Assembly (NCBI GenBank): GCA_950097015.1
Contig: CATNEN010000024.1
Coordinates: forward strand, 6,386,001-6,450,000
Direction: 5' to 3'
DNA: 64,000 nt
From: Macrostomum hystrix
Lineage: Eukaryota > Animalia > Platyhelminthes
Position 1 is the first letter of the stretch; each line of letters opens with the position of its first letter. Made by a program: the position numbers and the translations under genes. Shown one piece after another: positions 60,501-64,000 of the stretch. The notes below the pieces were generated by a model, which had not been told where the DNA came from, made no database searches, and saw only the letters and a list, made by a program, of their open reading frames with translations.

Positions 60501-63500
60501 TCCGACTGGTAGATTTTAGGTTGCAGATTTTAGGTGGCAGATTCCGACTGGTAGATTTTAGGTTGCAGAATTTAGGTAGTTGATTTTAGGTGGCAGATTC
60601 TTGGTATCATTTTTTAGGTAGCAGATTTTAGGTGGCAGATTCCGACTGGTAGATTTTACGAGTAGGTTGCAGAATTTAGGTTGTTGATTTTAGGTGGCAG
60701 ATTCTTGGTATCGTTTTTTAGGTAACAGAATTTAGGTAGCAGAATTTAGGTGGCAGATTCCGACTGGTAGGTTTTAGGTTGCAGAATTTAGGTAACAGAA
60801 TTTAGGTGGCAGATTCCGACTGGTAGATTTTAGGTAGCAGAATTTAGGTGGCAGATTCCGACTGGTAGATTTTAGGTTGCAGAATTTAGGTAACAGAATT
60901 TAGGTGGCAGATTCCGACTGGTAGATTTTAGGTTGCAGAATTTAGGTAACAGAATTTAGGTGGCAGATTCCGACTGGTAGATTTTAGGTTGCAGAATTTA
61001 GGTAGTAGAATTTAGGTGACAGATTTTAGGTGACAGAATTTAGGTAGCAGATTCCGGCTGGTAGATTTTAGGTGGCAGATTTCAAACTTCATGGACCCAA
61101 GGCCCAACTCATTGAATCCCATCATTCTGACCAATCGCTCCGTAAATCTTCCAGGTCCGAGCCGACCCCATGCCCGGCCTGCCGCAGGCGCTGCTCGACT
61201 ATTCCCAACTGGCACCGTTGGAGAATCCCAGCCAGATTCGCAGATCGGCCACCTACGGCCTGCCCAGCCTCTGCTACAAGGCCTACAGCGCCAGGCACCA
61301 GCAGTGGGTGCTGCTTCGCCGATTTGTTGGCGCCTCTCTGCAGCCGCCCGGACAGGCCGCTGTCCATCTGGCCGCCCTCAGGCAGGCGGATCATCCCCAC
61401 CTGGCACCGGTGCGAGACGCTTTCTCTACTCAGGCTTTCGGCGATCAGTCAGTCTGTCTGGTCACCGATTTCTATCCCGGTTCCGCCACCAGCCTGATTG
61501 TGCACTGCTCGGATCCCATGAAGGTTCGGCTTTTGTTGGTTGACATTTTCACAGCTTTGGATTAAGATTAGCAACGAAAAACTAAGAACTGCGATAAATT
61601 CGAGCTATGATAGAAAGAGATTAGCTATGATGGACCAAGACAAGCAATGCTGGACAGCGACTTGGCCCTGAAATGACTAGCGGTGATGGACAAAGACTAG
61701 CCATGGTAGGCAATGACTAGCGGTGATGGACAAAAACTTGAAATGGTAGATAATGACTAGCGGTGATGGACAAAGACTTGACGAATGGAAGCTATGAATA
61801 GACACATTTTAGCTACGATGGATAAAGACTAGCAATGATGGTCGAGGTCGCAAACAAAGACCCCGTTGCTCTCAGGCCAGCAAATTCCAGCCGGAGTCGG
61901 CCGCCGCCAGTCGGGTAGCCGCAGCTGCCAAGCGGTCGACGCTGCAGTCGGAGCACGTGATGTGGAACCTGCTGCTGCAGCTGGCTAGCGCCGTGCGCTT
62001 CTGCCACGCCAGACTGAACCGAGCCGTCAGGGCTCTGGAGCCCAGCAAGGTCCTAGTTGAAGACAAGCAGCGCCTGCGCGTTAATCTATTGGGCGCGCGA
62101 GAAATTCTTGGCGGCATTGCGCCTGGCGACGAGGACGAATCGGCGGTTGCTAAGCAACAGGATCTGGTGGATCTGGGCCGCCTGCTGCTGGCACTGGCGT
62201 GCGGCACCCAGTTGGCACTGCAGGATCTGGGCACCGCCATGGAACTCGTTGGCAGGTCCTATTCTAAGGATCTAGTCAGCATTATTCATCAGCTGCTTTA
62301 CGGCATCAGCAAGTGAGTATTGGTCCTGTGCAGCTCAAAGACCTGATGTAAATATTTTAAACAAATGTGCAGTTATTTGCCTTGGCAAATGTGTCTTCAT
62401 ATAATTGCAACTTTCAAGGCAAGCACCACTAGAAGTAGAAGGAAGGGAAACTTCGTTTCTTAGAAAAATATTTGAAGGCTGGTTTTCGCGAAAAAAATAC
62501 ACTACGGAAATTGGAAAATTTCTCTTTTTCATATTTAAATGGTGACAGCTTTTGACTAGGAGCAGGTACAAAGCTGTACTTTTGATTTAACTTGCTTAAC
62601 ATATTGCTCTACCTAATGTTATAAAGTTTTCTATATTGTAGTTTGATCTTCATACAATTTTTTTATAAAGATCTGATTCACTGACAATCCTTTAGCTGTT
62701 ATTTTTTAGCTATTAAATAGGACTTATTGAGCTTAAGTTAGATTTATGTGCTGTAGCTTTTTTGCTTGCATTATGGATTTTCATTACTTTGCTTATTTCT
62801 TAATTTCATGATAATTTAAGTAATTTAGTTTATTTTATTTACTAATAAAATAATTTTTTTATTTATGAATTTACTATAATAAATTTATTAACGAATAAAT
62901 CCCTGAGAAGGGACTAATGACTTTCAAAAAATGGTCAAACAAGTTTTTGAGGAAGGCGGTAGACTCCTGAAGTTTCTGAGAAACGCGGATGACTCCTGAA
63001 GTTTCTGAGAAAAGCGGTAGACTCCTGAAGTTTCTGAGAAAAGCGGTAGACTTCTGAAGTTTCTGAGGAAGGCGGTAGACTCCTGAAGTTTCTGAGAAAA
63101 GTGGTAGACTCCTGAAGTTTCTGAGAAACGCGGTAGACTCTTGAAGTTTCTGAGAAACGCGGATGACTCCTGAAGTTTCTGAGATACGCGGATGACTCCT
63201 GAAGTTTCTGAGAAAAGCGGTAGACTCCTGAAGTTTCTGAGATACGAGGATGACCCCTTAAGTTTCTGAGAAAAGCGGATGACTCCTGAAGTTTCTGAGA
63301 AAAGCGGTAGACTCCTGAAGTTTCTGAGAAAAGTGGTAGACTCCTGAAGTTTCTGAGAAAAGTGGTAGACTCCTGAAGTTTCTGAGGAAGGCGGTAGACT
63401 CCTGAAGTTTCTGAGAAAAGTGGTAGACTCCTGAAGTTTCTGAGAAACGCGGTAGACTCTTGAAGTTTCTGAGAAACGCGGATGACTCCTGAAGCTTCTG

Positions 63501-63964
63501 AGATACGCGGATGACTCCTGAAGTTTCTGAGAAACGCGGTAGACTCCTGAAGTTTCTAAGAAAAGTGGTAGACTCCTGAAGTTTCTGAGGAAGGCGGTAG
63601 ACTCCTGAAGTTTCTGAGAAACGCGGTAGACTCCTGATGCCTAAATTCACCCAACCGCAGGTCCATCTATGATGTAATGCCCGCCATCGGTGCCAGGTTT
63701 TTCGATCACCTGTGCGAGTCGCAGCTTAGAGTGGATTTTCTAGAGCTGCAACTAACCCGACAGTTGGAGAACGGTCGCCTACTACGCTTGATCTCAAAGC
63801 TGAGCACAGTTTGCGAACGGGAGATGCCATCAGATCCGGCCTGGACAGACTCAAACGATAGGCACATGCTTAGACTGTTCAGGGACTTTGTATTCCACCA
63901 GACAGACAGCACTGGCGGCTTCCCGTGGATTGACTTGGCACACATTGTCAGCTGCCTGCAGAAG
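57569..63964 (+). CDS. PAN3: PAN2-PAN3 deadenylase subunit PAN3 (pseudokinase), 3' partial; exons 57569-57661, 57809-57994, 59806-60213, 61155-61523, 61876-62312, 63661-63964
   Basis: YSQLAPLE, CYKAYS, VLLRRF, HPHLAPVRDAFSTQAFGDQSVCLVTDFYPG, QQDLVDLGRLLLALAC, SIYDVMPAIGARF, LENGRLLRLISKL, DRHMLRLFRDFVFHQ. The first two exons are less certain. Confidence 0.92.
58020..58570. repeat. 21-bp minisatellite AGCTAATCATATTAGTGTCTT (PAN3 intron 2)
   Basis: About 22 regular copies plus a degenerate left edge. Confidence 0.94.
59459..59750 (-). mobile_element. Probable tRNA-derived SINE, family C, in PAN3 intron 2
   Basis: Minus strand begins GGGCAGAGCGGTGGCAAAGCGGTTAACGCG...GAGCTCGATTCC (A/B-box-like) and ends TAAATAAAT; only one copy in the window. 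Confidence 0.5.
60300..61082. repeat. 14-bp-module minisatellite (ATTTTAGGTGGCAG / ATTCCGACTGGTAG / AATTTAGGTAACAG) with 42-56-bp higher-order units (PAN3 intron 3)
   Basis: Period 14 with a 42-bp trimer visible at 60481-60523. Confidence 0.9.
61670..61835. repeat. Imperfect 40-bp repeat GACTAGCGGTGATGGACAAA... (PAN3 intron 4)
   Basis: Three to four diverged copies. Confidence 0.75.
62950..63637. repeat. 29-bp minisatellite CTCCTGAAGTTTCTGAGAAAAGCGGTAGA (PAN3 intron 5)
   Basis: About 23 copies, ending about 23 nt before the acceptor. Confidence 0.94.
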
Positions 63965-64000
63965 GTACTCCACTCCTAGTCTTACTCCAGAACTCATTCA

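Noticed and set aside
935-63660. Strand bias (C-rich versus G-rich) of intronic arrays relative to transcription
   Set aside because: Both C-rich and G-rich sense strands occur, with no consistent pattern.

Overview
Gene-dense metazoan nuclear DNA, not prokaryotic. It has GC3-rich exons with Gln/Ala/Ser runs, AT-rich spacers and more than 30 different minisatellite arrays. This resembles a free-living flatworm such as Macrostomum, but that is unverified inference. I assembled ten protein-coding genes by hand with GT-AG introns and consistent phases: C1GALT1-like (-), GPSM2/pins (-), RPLP0 (+), a four-TM PY-motif gene (+), DCTN5 (+), PPP6R/SAPS (+), a 107-aa orphan (-), CDC25 (+), ZDHHC17/13 (-) and PAN3 (+, runs off the right edge). 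There is also one tRNA-Arg(ACG), several tRNA-derived SINEs, a non-autonomous hAT element and a probable mini-Helitron. The most striking unexplained structure is the minisatellite landscape. 16 of 19 coding introns longer than 250 nt carry an array of their own. Unit lengths cluster near 16, 21, 30-35 and 42-45 bp. Several units are juxtaposed 3'/5' splice sites (AG|GT), and several are homotypic runs of TF-like motifs. Repeat boundaries and copy numbers are approximate, read by eye.
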